Shown: piece after piece, positions 11,028 through 20,805 of the stretch | How positions within the stretch are numbered: position 1 is the stretch's first letter | How the letters are laid out: every line of letters begins with the position of its first letter | Origin: an uncultured Sangeribacter sp. | GTDB taxonomy: Bacteria; Bacteroidota; Bacteroidia; Bacteroidales; Muribaculaceae | Direction: 5' to 3' | DNA length: 64,000 nucleotides | Assembly: GCA_964410515.1 (NCBI GenBank) | Contig: CAYPGW010000003.1 | Location: forward strand, 15,102-79,101 | The notes under the pieces: model-generated | Databases searched by the model: none | What the model saw: only the letters and a program-made list of their open reading frames with translations | What the model was told of the DNA's origin: nothing | Program-made: the position numbers and the translations under genes

Positions 11028-12514
11028 TGCGGCAGTATTACAGTGAAACAAGATCCTTTTCCTTCCGTACTTTCCACCTCAATATGTCCGCCGTGAGCTT
11101 CCACAAGCAACTTCACGTAGGCCAGACCGAGCCCCATGCCGGGCTGATCTCCCCCGGCGGCTTTACCACGATAAAACCGTTGGAATATACGGCGCAGATC
11201 AGACGATGGAATTCCTAACCCCGTATCCGAGATACGCAAAGACACCATTCCCTCATTGACGGATGCCTGAGCCGTAATCTCAACGTGAGCACCGGAATAC
11301 TTCACTGCATTCTCTATCAGATTGCTCATGATATTTGCGAGATGCGTCTTATCGGCGGTGACAATAGTTTCCGGAGCAATCTCATTGTGAATCTCCACAG
11401 TCTTCCATGAAGGAGACACAGCGGCTTCAGTCACATTATCGAAAAGATAACGGATATCCACACTCTGAAGATTGAGTGGGATCTGCTCATTATTGTTGAA
11501 GGTGATGTCGCGGAGTTTTGAAAAATAGGCTGATAGGTTGTCGAGGGCATTGCGCGTCTCTGTCAGCAACTCCTTTCTAATGGCGTGGTCATCGCTCAGC
11601 CGCTCATTATCAAGGCCTGACACGCACATCTTCAGTGTAGAAATAGGCCGCTTCAATTCATGAATCATGGTGGTGATGAAACTATTACGCATCTTGTCAA
11701 GACGCGACAGCCTCAATACAGTGCCGATCTGAAGAACAAGGCAGATGATCAGAAGCATGGTGATGACGAAGACTACAGCAAGTGTGGACCACATCATCGG
11801 CAAAACCTCAAAGGGATTTATTCTGCATTTAATTTCTACAATCCTTCCTTCAAGTTGTGAGAATGGGATTGAAACTGACAATTCACTGTTCCACAATCTG
11901 CCGTCGTGCCTTACACTATTGTTCCATACCATACTGTCGAGCTGCATAATACGGACGTCGGCATTTATTCCGTTTTTTCTCAATACCGAATCTATTCCCT
12001 CGCGGGTGAAGGGCCTCTCCTTCGCAGTCACAATGTTGTGTGCGGCGGCCCAGGTCTCGTTCTCATCTTTGGCACGGGAAGCGTCATAATGAATTGAATC
12101 TGACGCCATCTTCCTATTATGACCGGTATAATCATAGACCTCATTGACCGCCTTTTTCATCATTTCTTTCGTCAGCTGCACATTTGAGTCCAGGCCCAAT
12201 ATAGTGTGATATGAATAAGTATATACACTAACCTTGCGTGAAGTCCTGACTGTGTCGTCTTTGCTTATACTCAGGCTGATGACCGGGAACATCATTTTCT
12301 GACCGACACTGTCGCCGCCGGCGAATATATTATCAGCGGAGTCTCTCAATCCATTGTATAATTCCACACTTTGCGAAATCTTCTGTATCAGATTCCTCTC
12401 ATACTCAGCCAAAGAGAAAACATAGCGACCATAAAGCCAATAAACCTGCATTCCAAGAAAAAGAAGGATAGCAAGTATAGTGATTATATAAAGTGCCTTT
12501 ATTCTTTTATCCAT
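11024..12514 (-). CDS. Membrane sensor histidine kinase
   Basis: Two TM helices, HELKRP H-box, NLIENAVKY N-box, DTGLG and GMGLGL G-boxes. Confidence 0.95.
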   Translation of the reverse strand: MDKRIKALYIITILAILLFLGMQVYWLYGRYVFSLAEYERNLIQKISQSVELYNGLRDSADNIFAGGDSVGQKMMFPVISLSISKDDTVRTSRKVSVYTYSYHTILGLDSNVQLTKEMMKKAVNEVYDYTGHNRKMASDSIHYDASRAKDENETWAAAHNIVTAKERPFTREGIDSVLRKNGINADVRIMQLDSMVWNNSVRHDGRLWNSELSVSIPFSQLEGRIVEIKCRINPFEVLPMMWSTLAVVFVITMLLIICLVLQIGTVLRLSRLDKMRNSFITTMIHELKRPISTLKMCVSGLDNERLSDDHAIRKELLTETRNALDNLSAYFSKLRDITFNNNEQIPLNLQSVDIRYLFDNVTEAAVSPSWKTVEIHNEIAPETIVTADKTHLANIMSNLIENAVKYSGAHVEITAQASVNEGMVSLRISDTGLGIPSSDLRRIFQRFYRGKAAGGDQPGMGLGLAYVKLLVEAHGGHIEVESTEGKGSCFTVILPQ

Positions 12515-12575
12515 ACGGCAAATTTACAAAAATCGATCCATTAAATACCATTCACACAGTATTTATTTGTCGCAG

Positions 12576-12619
12576 AGTAATAATTCAGTAATAATTCCAT
12601 AATCATTCAGTAATGATTA
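12576..12619 (+). repeat. Four tandem 11-bp direct repeats (likely response-regulator binding sites)
   Basis: AGTAATAATTC AGTAATAATTC CATAATCATTC AGTAATGATTA upstream of TAATTTTG at 12647-12654. Confidence 0.8.
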
Positions 12620-12704
12620 TTTTCGTCAGCAATCGGCTTTCCGACTTAATTTTGCAGTGTCGATCGAACAAGAGTATCAAACCATAAAAGAAAATCCAAC
12701 AGAC

Positions 12705-13586
12705 ATGAAGAAAATCATTTTGGTCACGTCCATCATCGCCATCATGGCTGCTTCGGCATCAGGCAAGACGATGCGCCGCACACTCACAATAGCAATGAAC
12801 TCGGTGCCGGAAACAGAAACCCTCGCCAATGAAACAATGGAGTTTGTCTACGACTACCGTTGCTGCGTAGACACAACCGAAACGCTGGAAGATAATTTCA
12901 CGAGCGACGAGATGCTGCTCCAGATAGGACAGAACGGACTCTCGAAATTCTCAAGCTACAAGAACCTTACGGTTGATTCGATCATAATGCGCACTTCAGA
13001 AGATCAGTTATATAAGGCTGCCAGTGAAGGAAGGCTAAAGTACGGCGATTTCATGACCATCTACAAGAACTATCCGGAAGGGAAACTCACCCACACAGAA
13101 AAAATCTGCATGGACTGGCTGCGCTATGAGGAAGAACTCCCGAAACTCAACTGGCAACTGACCGATTCCACCACCGTTGTGCTCGGCTATGAGTGCCGGA
13201 GTGCGAAGTGCAGTTTCAGAGGAAAGGAATGGACGGCATTCTACACCGAAGACATACCGCTCATGGACGGCCCCTGGAAACTGCATGGCCTACCCGGACT
13301 AATAATGAAGGCCTCTGACGAAAACGGATATTACACATTCGAGTGCATCGGTATAAAATCGAAGGCCGACCGACCTATAACGATATATAAAGTTCCTTTC
13401 AACAAAGTGAAACGGAAGGATTATTACGACACGAAACATCGCTACGAGATAAATCCATACGCATATTTCGAGGCAACCAGCGGCAAGCATGTAACCGTGA
13501 CAGACGAAGCCGGCAACCCATCGCTCGATGCCTACGATCCGATAGAACTTACTTACGATTATATTGAGCCTGACTGGAGGGAATGA
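12705..13586 (+). CDS. GLPGLI family protein (exported)
   Basis: Signal peptide MKKIILVTSII; GPWKLHGLPGLIMKA signature; start moved to ATG 12705. Confidence 0.93.
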   Translation: MKKIILVTSIIAIMAASASGKTMRRTLTIAMNSVPETETLANETMEFVYDYRCCVDTTETLEDNFTSDEMLLQIGQNGLSKFSSYKNLTVDSIIMRTSEDQLYKAASEGRLKYGDFMTIYKNYPEGKLTHTEKICMDWLRYEEELPKLNWQLTDSTTVVLGYECRSAKCSFRGKEWTAFYTEDIPLMDGPWKLHGLPGLIMKASDENGYYTFECIGIKSKADRPITIYKVPFNKVKRKDYYDTKHRYEINPYAYFEATSGKHVTVTDEAGNPSLDAYDPIELTYDYIEPDWRE

Positions 13587-16117
13587 ACCGCTTCTATAGT
13601 TTTATTCTTTGTATTCTCGCCGGCTTGCAGACCGCTTGGGCGAATGACCCCACCGAACTGCACGGAACGGTCAGCGATGAAGAGACAGGAGAGCCCGTAG
13701 CAGGGGCGATAGTGAAGGGCAAAGGCTCCTTTACATCTACCGGCAACGATGGGCGATTCTTCCTGAAACTTGAATCCGACACAGACTCCGTCACGATCAG
13801 GAGCATGGGATATGAAACTGTGACGTTGCCGGCTACGGCCGGCCTGTCGGATGTTCGGATGAAGCGGAAAGCCACCCGCCTCAACGACGTGATAGTTGAG
13901 GCTCCGGATATATATGCCCGTGGTGATACGCTCGTCTTCAATGTGGCCAGGTATGCCAACGCTAAAGACAATGCCATAATCGACGTAATAAAGCGTCTTC
14001 CGGGCATCAAGGTCAGCGAAGACGGCACCATCGAGTATCAGGGGAAGCCTATCAGCAAGTTCTATCTTGACGGCAATGACTTCATCGGCAGACAATATGG
14101 ACTCGCCACCAACAATATATCTCATAAGGATGTAAAGTCTGTGGAGATTATGGAAAACCACCAGCCTGTGAAAGCACTTGAGGGCATCGAGTTTCCGGAA
14201 GAGGCCGGCATCAACCTCCGTCTCAGGAATGACGCGCGAAGCCGCATGGTGGGCGTGGCTCAGGCCGCCGCAGGAGTGCAGCCCAGCCTATTCGACGGCT
14301 CGCTATATGCGATGCGGATTGCACCTAAGACCCAGACTATAATCACCCTCAAGGCCGATAACACGGGGTGGAATCCGGCCAATGAGATAAAGGAGCATGA
14401 TTTCGATGAGATGTTCTCTGCCGACTACGCATCTGCTCTATGGCCTGAATACATATCGGCCGACATAGTAAGCGCCCCGCTGACGGAGAAACGGACACGC
14501 GACAACCTTTCGTGGCTTGCTAACACTATCACGGCATGGAAGAGAGGCGAGACCTCGATGCGGCTGAAATTAAACTATACAGCTGACCGCCTCGACTGCA
14601 ATTCGGGAGTCACCACCAATTATTACAGCAGCCTGATTCCCAATTTTGTGCAAGACAACTCGCAACGCACACAGAAACACGACCTTTCGGCACAGTTTTA
14701 CAGCCAGACAAACAAACGCGACTACTACCTGAAAGAGAAGTTTACATTAGACGGCACTCTTAACAGGTCAGACTCGCGTATCACAGGCTCTTTTGATCTT
14801 CTTCAGCGTGTGAACAGTAAGAATCTGTCAGCCTGCAACGACTTAAAACTCGTGAAGCGGAACGAAAAGAAACTTTTCACCCTGATATCACGGAACAGAT
14901 TCACTGTCAATCCCGACCGATTGCTCGTCTGCGGGGCTGAAAACGCCACTCAGAGCATAGGAACAACTGATTTCAGAAGCACCACAGAAACCAAATTCGG
15001 CAAGGTAGCCCGCTTCTGGAAATATTACGCCACGGCAGGTATTGACCTTGACTATCACCGCATGAACTGTTCTCTTTCCGGGCTTGGCGTCTATGACAAT
15101 CATGGAGTGCACGAGGCATTCCTGTCTGATCTCTACGCCACACATCAAGTGGATTACGAGCGCAACGGATGGCGGGCATCGCTGCGAATTCCGCTTAAAT
15201 GGCTTCATTATTCGATTTCAGGACAGCATGATTATTTAAATGCATCTCCAAATTTATATGTCAGGCGTCAATTATCGGCTAAATCTGACATATCCGGAAC
15301 TGTAACCTACAACCTGCGCTCACCGCAGCCATATATGAACATCCCGGTTCCCATTCTATCAGACTATCGCAACCTTCAGATAGCCTACAATGCCGATCGA
15401 TATTCACATAATGTGGGGGCAACGCTCTCTTACCGTTACCGCAATCCGCTGAAAGCCCTGTTTTTTAACCTCTCGGCATCATATAATCATAGCCGCAGTT
15501 CGGTGATGTCAAACCAGTTGTTTGTCGAAGACTTCATCGTCTCGACTTACACTGATCATCTCAACCATAATCACTCATGGTATGCGAAAGCCGGTCTGAG
15601 CAAAGGACTCGGACACAGCAAGATTGTAGTAGGCTTCGATATGGACGCGTCAGTAGTCTCCACCTCCTCCATGCGCGACAATGTAGTGATTCCCTTCCGC
15701 CAGCTGACCACCGGAATCAAGCCATATTTCAAGGGAAGCATTCTGAGATGGATGTCAGCTGTCTACGAGGTTGAATATGGTTATTCCCGCCTGAGGTTCA
15801 GCGGAGAAGATATCGGAAGCCATAACCTGCATCAAAAGCTATTCGTAACCCTTCTTCCTAACGACGAAGTGCATTTTACCATAGGAGCGGAACATTTCCT
15901 GACCCGTTTTCCTGAGGGAAACAGTGCCAATCTTGTACTTATTGACGCATCGGCTGTGTGGAAAGTCAGCGATAAAGTGCGACTCTCGCTCACCGCAACC
16001 AACCTTCCCGGAAAAAGCAGATATGAATATGTGACCTACGGCACACTCTCACGCTCGGAACATGTTTTCAGCATAAGGAAGCGTTCTATCCTCGCCTCAA
16101 TTCAATACAGATTCTGA
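13583..16117 (+). CDS. Outer-membrane beta-barrel / TonB-dependent-receptor-like protein with carboxypeptidase-regulatory-like N domain
   Basis: Signal peptide, GTVSDEETGEPVAGA N domain, DVIKRLPGI plug-like motif, C-terminal IQYRF. Confidence 0.8.
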   Translation: MNRFYSFILCILAGLQTAWANDPTELHGTVSDEETGEPVAGAIVKGKGSFTSTGNDGRFFLKLESDTDSVTIRSMGYETVTLPATAGLSDVRMKRKATRLNDVIVEAPDIYARGDTLVFNVARYANAKDNAIIDVIKRLPGIKVSEDGTIEYQGKPISKFYLDGNDFIGRQYGLATNNISHKDVKSVEIMENHQPVKALEGIEFPEEAGINLRLRNDARSRMVGVAQAAAGVQPSLFDGSLYAMRIAPKTQTIITLKADNTGWNPANEIKEHDFDEMFSADYASALWPEYISADIVSAPLTEKRTRDNLSWLANTITAWKRGETSMRLKLNYTADRLDCNSGVTTNYYSSLIPNFVQDNSQRTQKHDLSAQFYSQTNKRDYYLKEKFTLDGTLNRSDSRITGSFDLLQRVNSKNLSACNDLKLVKRNEKKLFTLISRNRFTVNPDRLLVCGAENATQSIGTTDFRSTTETKFGKVARFWKYYATAGIDLDYHRMNCSLSGLGVYDNHGVHEAFLSDLYATHQVDYERNGWRASLRIPLKWLHYSISGQHDYLNASPNLYVRRQLSAKSDISGTVTYNLRSPQPYMNIPVPILSDYRNLQIAYNADRYSHNVGATLSYRYRNPLKALFFNLSASYNHSRSSVMSNQLFVEDFIVSTYTDHLNHNHSWYAKAGLSKGLGHSKIVVGFDMDASVVSTSSMRDNVVIPFRQLTTGIKPYFKGSILRWMSAVYEVEYGYSRLRFSGEDIGSHNLHQKLFVTLLPNDEVHFTIGAEHFLTRFPEGNSANLVLIDASAVWKVSDKVRLSLTATNLPGKSRYEYVTYGTLSRSEHVFSIRKRSILASIQYRF

Positions 16118-16137
16118 CAGCAGCACTATATACATAG

Positions 16138-16168
16138 GCGACCCCGGAGCGAGAGGCCCCGGGGTCGC
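16138..16168. terminator. Hairpin between convergent genes (probable bidirectional terminator)
   Basis: GCGACCCCGG ... CCGGGGTCGC. Confidence 0.7.
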
Positions 16169-16192
16169 GTATTTGTCAGAGATAAGGAGTTC

Positions 16193-19100
16193 TCAGTTGA
16201 ATACGTACTTGATGCTGAACTGGAGCTGCCAGCACTGATTGTTGCTGCGCAGATAGTCGTAGCTCTGAGTCGGATATTCACCGTTGTACTTATTCATTGA
16301 GAAGATGGGCTTGCGGTTGCTGTCCATCCCTTCATATTTGAGCACACGGCTGTTGTTGCAAATATAGTTGGTGCGGTTCACGCCCCACTTCGAGTTGAGG
16401 AGGTTGCCGATGTTCATGAAGTCGAAAGCAATCTGAATGGAGTGCTTTGCCGAACCTACATTGAAATCAAAATCTTCACTCAGGCGAAGGTCGAAGCGGT
16501 GTGTCCACGGGCTGCGGGCGCTGTAAGCCTCGGCATACTGACCCTTGTGGCTGCTGAGATACTTATCCTGCTCCATGAATGCCCAGAAAGCATCGCGGTC
16601 TGCATCTGTCTTGAAGTTCAGCTCATCTTTTGATGAGGGAATCCACATCAAGTCGTTGTTGATGCCGTCGCCGTTCATATCGTTTGAATAGCAGTAGCTG
16701 TAGCCGTTGAAGCTGTAACCGCTGTAGAAGAGGCTGATGTTGGTGTTGCGTGCAAGACCATTGTAGGTGAAAGGAATCTTCCAGTCTACAGAAGCAATCA
16801 GCTTGTTAGGAACAACATACTGGGAAGTCTGAACGTCGGCGAGGTTCGGGCCGTCGATTGTAATCAAGCCCTGCCATGTCGAAACGGGGTCGCTACCCGG
16901 CATACCTGAAACTTCAGTATTTGTGGTGTGGGTATATGACGCCATGATGCCGAGGTTCTCGATGGGACGGGCATTGACAGTCAGACTCTGGATGAAACCG
17001 TGACCCTTGTTGGTGTTGGTGAGCACCACTGCGTTAGTGCCTTTGTAATACTGCCAACTATTGTCAGAAGGATAAATCACACGGTTGTCGTTGCCTGCGA
17101 AGTGCTCGGCACCTGACCATTCATTTTCCGGCTTAATATTCCAGTTGGTGATATTGACAGAGTTGAAGTTGCGCATATAGATGAATTCACCGCTTACATA
17201 GAGGGGGAATCCTACAGGAATGCGGTAATCTATACCAACAGAGCTCTTCCACACCTGAGGCATGCGGAAATCTGAAGCCACGCCTGAGATCTTGTTGCTT
17301 GCAGTGTGCTTGGTATTGGTAGTGGGAAGATCGAATTTGGAGATGATCTCATCCATATTAGTGATCATGCCGCCTGCAAGTTGGTCGAGGCGAGCATCAT
17401 GACCCGTAGGCACACCATCTTTATATGTAGTCTTGAACTGCACAGAATTCTGAACGAGGTTGGCATTCGTAGGCATATTGGTGAAGAACACGAGGGGCAG
17501 ACGTCCTGTGAAGATACCTGTACCACCGCGAACTGTCAGACGCTTGTCGCCGAGCACGTCCCAGTTGAAGCCCACGCGAGGCGACACCTGAAGCTGATTT
17601 TTCGGCCAGAGACCGGTATCGATATGTTTTCCACCGAAATCAAGTTCATAGATAGCATTGTTGCGAGTGAGCGCGCTGTTATCGAAGATCATCTCATCGA
17701 GGCGGATGCCGTAGGTGAGTTTAAATTTCTTCGAGATGTTCCACTCGTCCTGGAGATAGAGACCGATCTGATTGAAAACGACGTCGGCCGAAGGATCTTT
17801 CACACCATTGAAACCGTATGTGATTGCGAAAGACTCGGGAGCAGCGCCATTGATGAAATCGTCTACTGAGTTGTAGCGGTAGTATCCTGTACCGTTACGC
17901 ATATAGGCGTTTGAAGCCATCTGGTGCTCGTAGGCGATACCGCCGGTGAGCTGGTGCGCTCCGAGGAGCCACTTCACGTTGTCAGTGACTGAAATCACCT
18001 TATTCTTCACACCGTTGTTGTAGGTGAAGAGTTCGAGACCTGCGCTCATATAAGGCTCGAGGATAGGATTGCCGGTCACGTCATAGCCGGCCATGATGTC
18101 GATGAAGGGGAAGTCGGCAGAGTTGGTGCCGCGCATATCCTTAATGTGGGTATAAGTTGCGAGCAACTGGTTGCTTACCTTGTCGTTGAAGCGGCTGTTG
18201 ACGTCAAGAGAGAACGACATCACTTCATTATCCATCGAATACATTGAATTGGCGAAAGCCATCGACTGGGTGCCTACACGGTAAGTACCGTTCAGGCGGT
18301 AGCCCGTATCAGCAGAGTTACCGTTGGGGGCATTCCATGCGGTGTTCTTGGTGTAGTTGAAGCGGAAAGCAGCGCGGTGCTTGTCGGTGATGTTCCAGTC
18401 GAGGCGCACGAGGAAGCGATTGTTAGACTCGTCGCCGGGGAAATTGGTATAGCTTCCGGGATCATACTGATACTTGCTCATGAGGTGGTTTTTCACGCGA
18501 TCCATGTCGGCAGTAGTGGTGCGTGATACCATTCCGCCGGGTGTCTGGCCGGGTGCGCAAGCCATATATTTGATGATCTCGTTGGGGTTGGCCTCATGCT
18601 CGAAGTTAGCGAAGAAGAAAAGTTTATTCTTCACGATGGGGCCACCGAGGGTGAAGCCGTAGATAGTCTTGGAGGCGTCGGCACGTGTGCTGAGTTCCTC
18701 GCCGGCTATGCGGTTGCCCTGGAATGTCTGGTTGGTATAGTAGATATAAGCAGAGCCCTTGAAGGTGTTGGTACCTGACTTTGTGATAGCGTTGATGCCG
18801 CCGCCGATGAAGTTAGTCTGGCGCACATCGAAGGGAGATATCACGATCTGCATCTCGTCGATAGCGTCGAGCGAGATGGGATTGCCACCGCCGGGGAGTG
18901 CTGACGACAGACCGAAGTTGTTGTTGAAGTTAGCACCATCGACAGTGAAGTTGGTACTACGTCCGTCGGCACCGGCGAAGCTCATGCCGTTGCTGTAGGG
19001 CGACAATTTGGCAATGTCGGAGATAGAGCGGTTTACGGTCGGCATTGTCTGGATCATCGAGGTCGAGATGTTGGTGGTTGCACCGGTCTTGGCCTGGATG

Positions 19101-19507
19101 AAGTTTGAACCTTTGCCACGCACCACAACCTCGTCGAGCTCACTCACTCCTGTCTCAAGATAAATGTCGAGCTGGGTGTTCTCACCGAGTTCAAGCTTGA
19201 TGTCGTCGAGCACTACGGTCTGCATACCGATGTAGCTGTAGGTGATGATGTACGGGCCGCCGCTGCGCATACCCTCGATGGCATATCGGCCGTCGATGTT
19301 GGTAGCGGTGCCGTAACGGGTGCCCGAAGGCTGGTGCACAGCCACAACGGTAGCGCCGATGAGAGGGTCGCCGTTGCTTTCAGTCACCTGGCCCGATAGC
19401 GAGGAGGTTGTCACCTGGGCATTGATGCCGAAGCATGTCAATGCCATCGTCATGATCACGAATACCATGCGACGCACGGATGCCGTGAAATTGAAGGTTG
19501 TTTTCAT
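16193..19507 (-). CDS. TonB-dependent receptor, Oar-like
   Basis: QVTTSSLSG N domain, DGANFNNNFGL, FDVRQTNFIGGGINAITKSGTN, C-terminal IKYVFN. Confidence 0.9.
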   Translation of the reverse strand: MKTTFNFTASVRRMVFVIMTMALTCFGINAQVTTSSLSGQVTESNGDPLIGATVVAVHQPSGTRYGTATNIDGRYAIEGMRSGGPYIITYSYIGMQTVVLDDIKLELGENTQLDIYLETGVSELDEVVVRGKGSNFIQAKTGATTNISTSMIQTMPTVNRSISDIAKLSPYSNGMSFAGADGRSTNFTVDGANFNNNFGLSSALPGGGNPISLDAIDEMQIVISPFDVRQTNFIGGGINAITKSGTNTFKGSAYIYYTNQTFQGNRIAGEELSTRADASKTIYGFTLGGPIVKNKLFFFANFEHEANPNEIIKYMACAPGQTPGGMVSRTTTADMDRVKNHLMSKYQYDPGSYTNFPGDESNNRFLVRLDWNITDKHRAAFRFNYTKNTAWNAPNGNSADTGYRLNGTYRVGTQSMAFANSMYSMDNEVMSFSLDVNSRFNDKVSNQLLATYTHIKDMRGTNSADFPFIDIMAGYDVTGNPILEPYMSAGLELFTYNNGVKNKVISVTDNVKWLLGAHQLTGGIAYEHQMASNAYMRNGTGYYRYNSVDDFINGAAPESFAITYGFNGVKDPSADVVFNQIGLYLQDEWNISKKFKLTYGIRLDEMIFDNSALTRNNAIYELDFGGKHIDTGLWPKNQLQVSPRVGFNWDVLGDKRLTVRGGTGIFTGRLPLVFFTNMPTNANLVQNSVQFKTTYKDGVPTGHDARLDQLAGGMITNMDEIISKFDLPTTNTKHTASNKISGVASDFRMPQVWKSSVGIDYRIPVGFPLYVSGEFIYMRNFNSVNITNWNIKPENEWSGAEHFAGNDNRVIYPSDNSWQYYKGTNAVVLTNTNKGHGFIQSLTVNARPIENLGIMASYTHTTNTEVSGMPGSDPVSTWQGLITIDGPNLADVQTSQYVVPNKLIASVDWKIPFTYNGLARNTNISLFYSGYSFNGYSYCYSNDMNGDGINNDLMWIPSSKDELNFKTDADRDAFWAFMEQDKYLSSHKGQYAEAYSARSPWTHRFDLRLSEDFDFNVGSAKHSIQIAFDFMNIGNLLNSKWGVNRTNYICNNSRVLKYEGMDSNRKPIFSMNKYNGEYPTQSYDYLRSNNQCWQLQFSIKYVFN

Positions 19508-19572
19508 AAATAATTATGATTGGTTAGAAATGTAGGCTTCCCGGCAGATACCTGAAAGCCTGTAAGATTGTC

Positions 19573-20517
19573 TTATTTTTGGGTTTTCTTTTTTCGCGTG
19601 AATCGGTAAAGTTCCTTTCCTGACTTGTCGAGCATGACCACGGTGGCCTCGTCCTTGCTGATGGCCAGCGTGCAGAAACCCGACAGTCCGGAAGTGAAGA
19701 GGGCATTCGGATCGGGGGTATCGACAGGATAGGCCTCAGACCCCGATGTGCAAGTCAGGAGATCGGTGGCTGCCTCACCCGGTGCCGTGAAATGCTCGAA
19801 GCAATGCACGTCGCCGGCAAGATAGAAGTCAGGCTCATGGCGAAGCACCACGGGAGCTACGTATGTCTGGAGGTCGTGACGCTGTCCGGCGCTGTCCTTG
19901 CGGCTCGAGAAGAGAGGATGATGAGCGGCCACTATCACCCAGTCGGCAGTGGAAGCGGCAAGGGTCTCATCGAGCCAGCGGAGTTGCGCTGTTGTGTCCT
20001 GAAGGCAGGCGTCGGGGTAAATTTCAGGCTGCGAGCAGGCGCGGTGCAGAAACGGTGTGGAATCTATGAATATCACCTCCACTTCCACATCACGGCCCTT
20101 GAATGTCTTTGAATAATAACGGTCGGGCATATTCCAGCGGCGGCTTTTGGCCGTATAGTCCACAAGCGCCTGAGTGTTGCCCTGATAATCATGATTGCCG
20201 AGCGCGCAATACCATAAGGAATGAAGCCAGGGATTGGTGTAGATATCCTCGAAATTTGAATTCCAGCCCGGATCATCCACGCTTTGAGTTCCCCAGAAAT
20301 GGAAAGTGTCGCCGAGATTCAGTATCGCGGTCGGATGCCACGAAGATGCCACGTCGCCCATAGTAGCGGCCACTTCCTTCTGATCGGCGCCTCCGAATGC
20401 TCCGAGATCGCTGACCACCATGAAATTCACGCTGCCGCGTGGAAGCTCTTCAGCCGCAGCGGTTGAAACCGCTACAAGACAGAATAAAAAAAGAATATAC
20501 CTGTAGACTCCTGACAT
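19573..20517 (-). CDS. Exported calcineurin-like metallophosphoesterase (purple acid phosphatase/ACP5-like)
   Basis: Signal peptide; SDLG, LGDTF, GNHDY, AHHP motifs. Confidence 0.88.
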   Translation of the reverse strand: MSGVYRYILFLFCLVAVSTAAAEELPRGSVNFMVVSDLGAFGGADQKEVAATMGDVASSWHPTAILNLGDTFHFWGTQSVDDPGWNSNFEDIYTNPWLHSLWYCALGNHDYQGNTQALVDYTAKSRRWNMPDRYYSKTFKGRDVEVEVIFIDSTPFLHRACSQPEIYPDACLQDTTAQLRWLDETLAASTADWVIVAAHHPLFSSRKDSAGQRHDLQTYVAPVVLRHEPDFYLAGDVHCFEHFTAPGEAATDLLTCTSGSEAYPVDTPDPNALFTSGLSGFCTLAISKDEATVVMLDKSGKELYRFTRKKKTQK

Positions 20518-20805
20518 AAAGAAAAGTCTTTTAATTTCTGACTATCAGACTTTTGCCAAACGGCGAGACTATAACTTGCCATTTGACGCTGCAAAGTTAC
20601 AAAATATTTAGGACATTTTAACTAATTTTTATTAATATTTTGTTAATCGCTCGCCAAATAATCTCCATCCAAGCGGCTGAAAGGTTTAGTATTCAGTAAC
20701 TGACTGATATTTCAGTATTTTCATCTATCCTCTTTATTCTGTAGTTTTTTTATATAATTCTCTATTCTCAATTCTCAATTCAAAATTATTTTGTAATTTT
20801 GCAGA

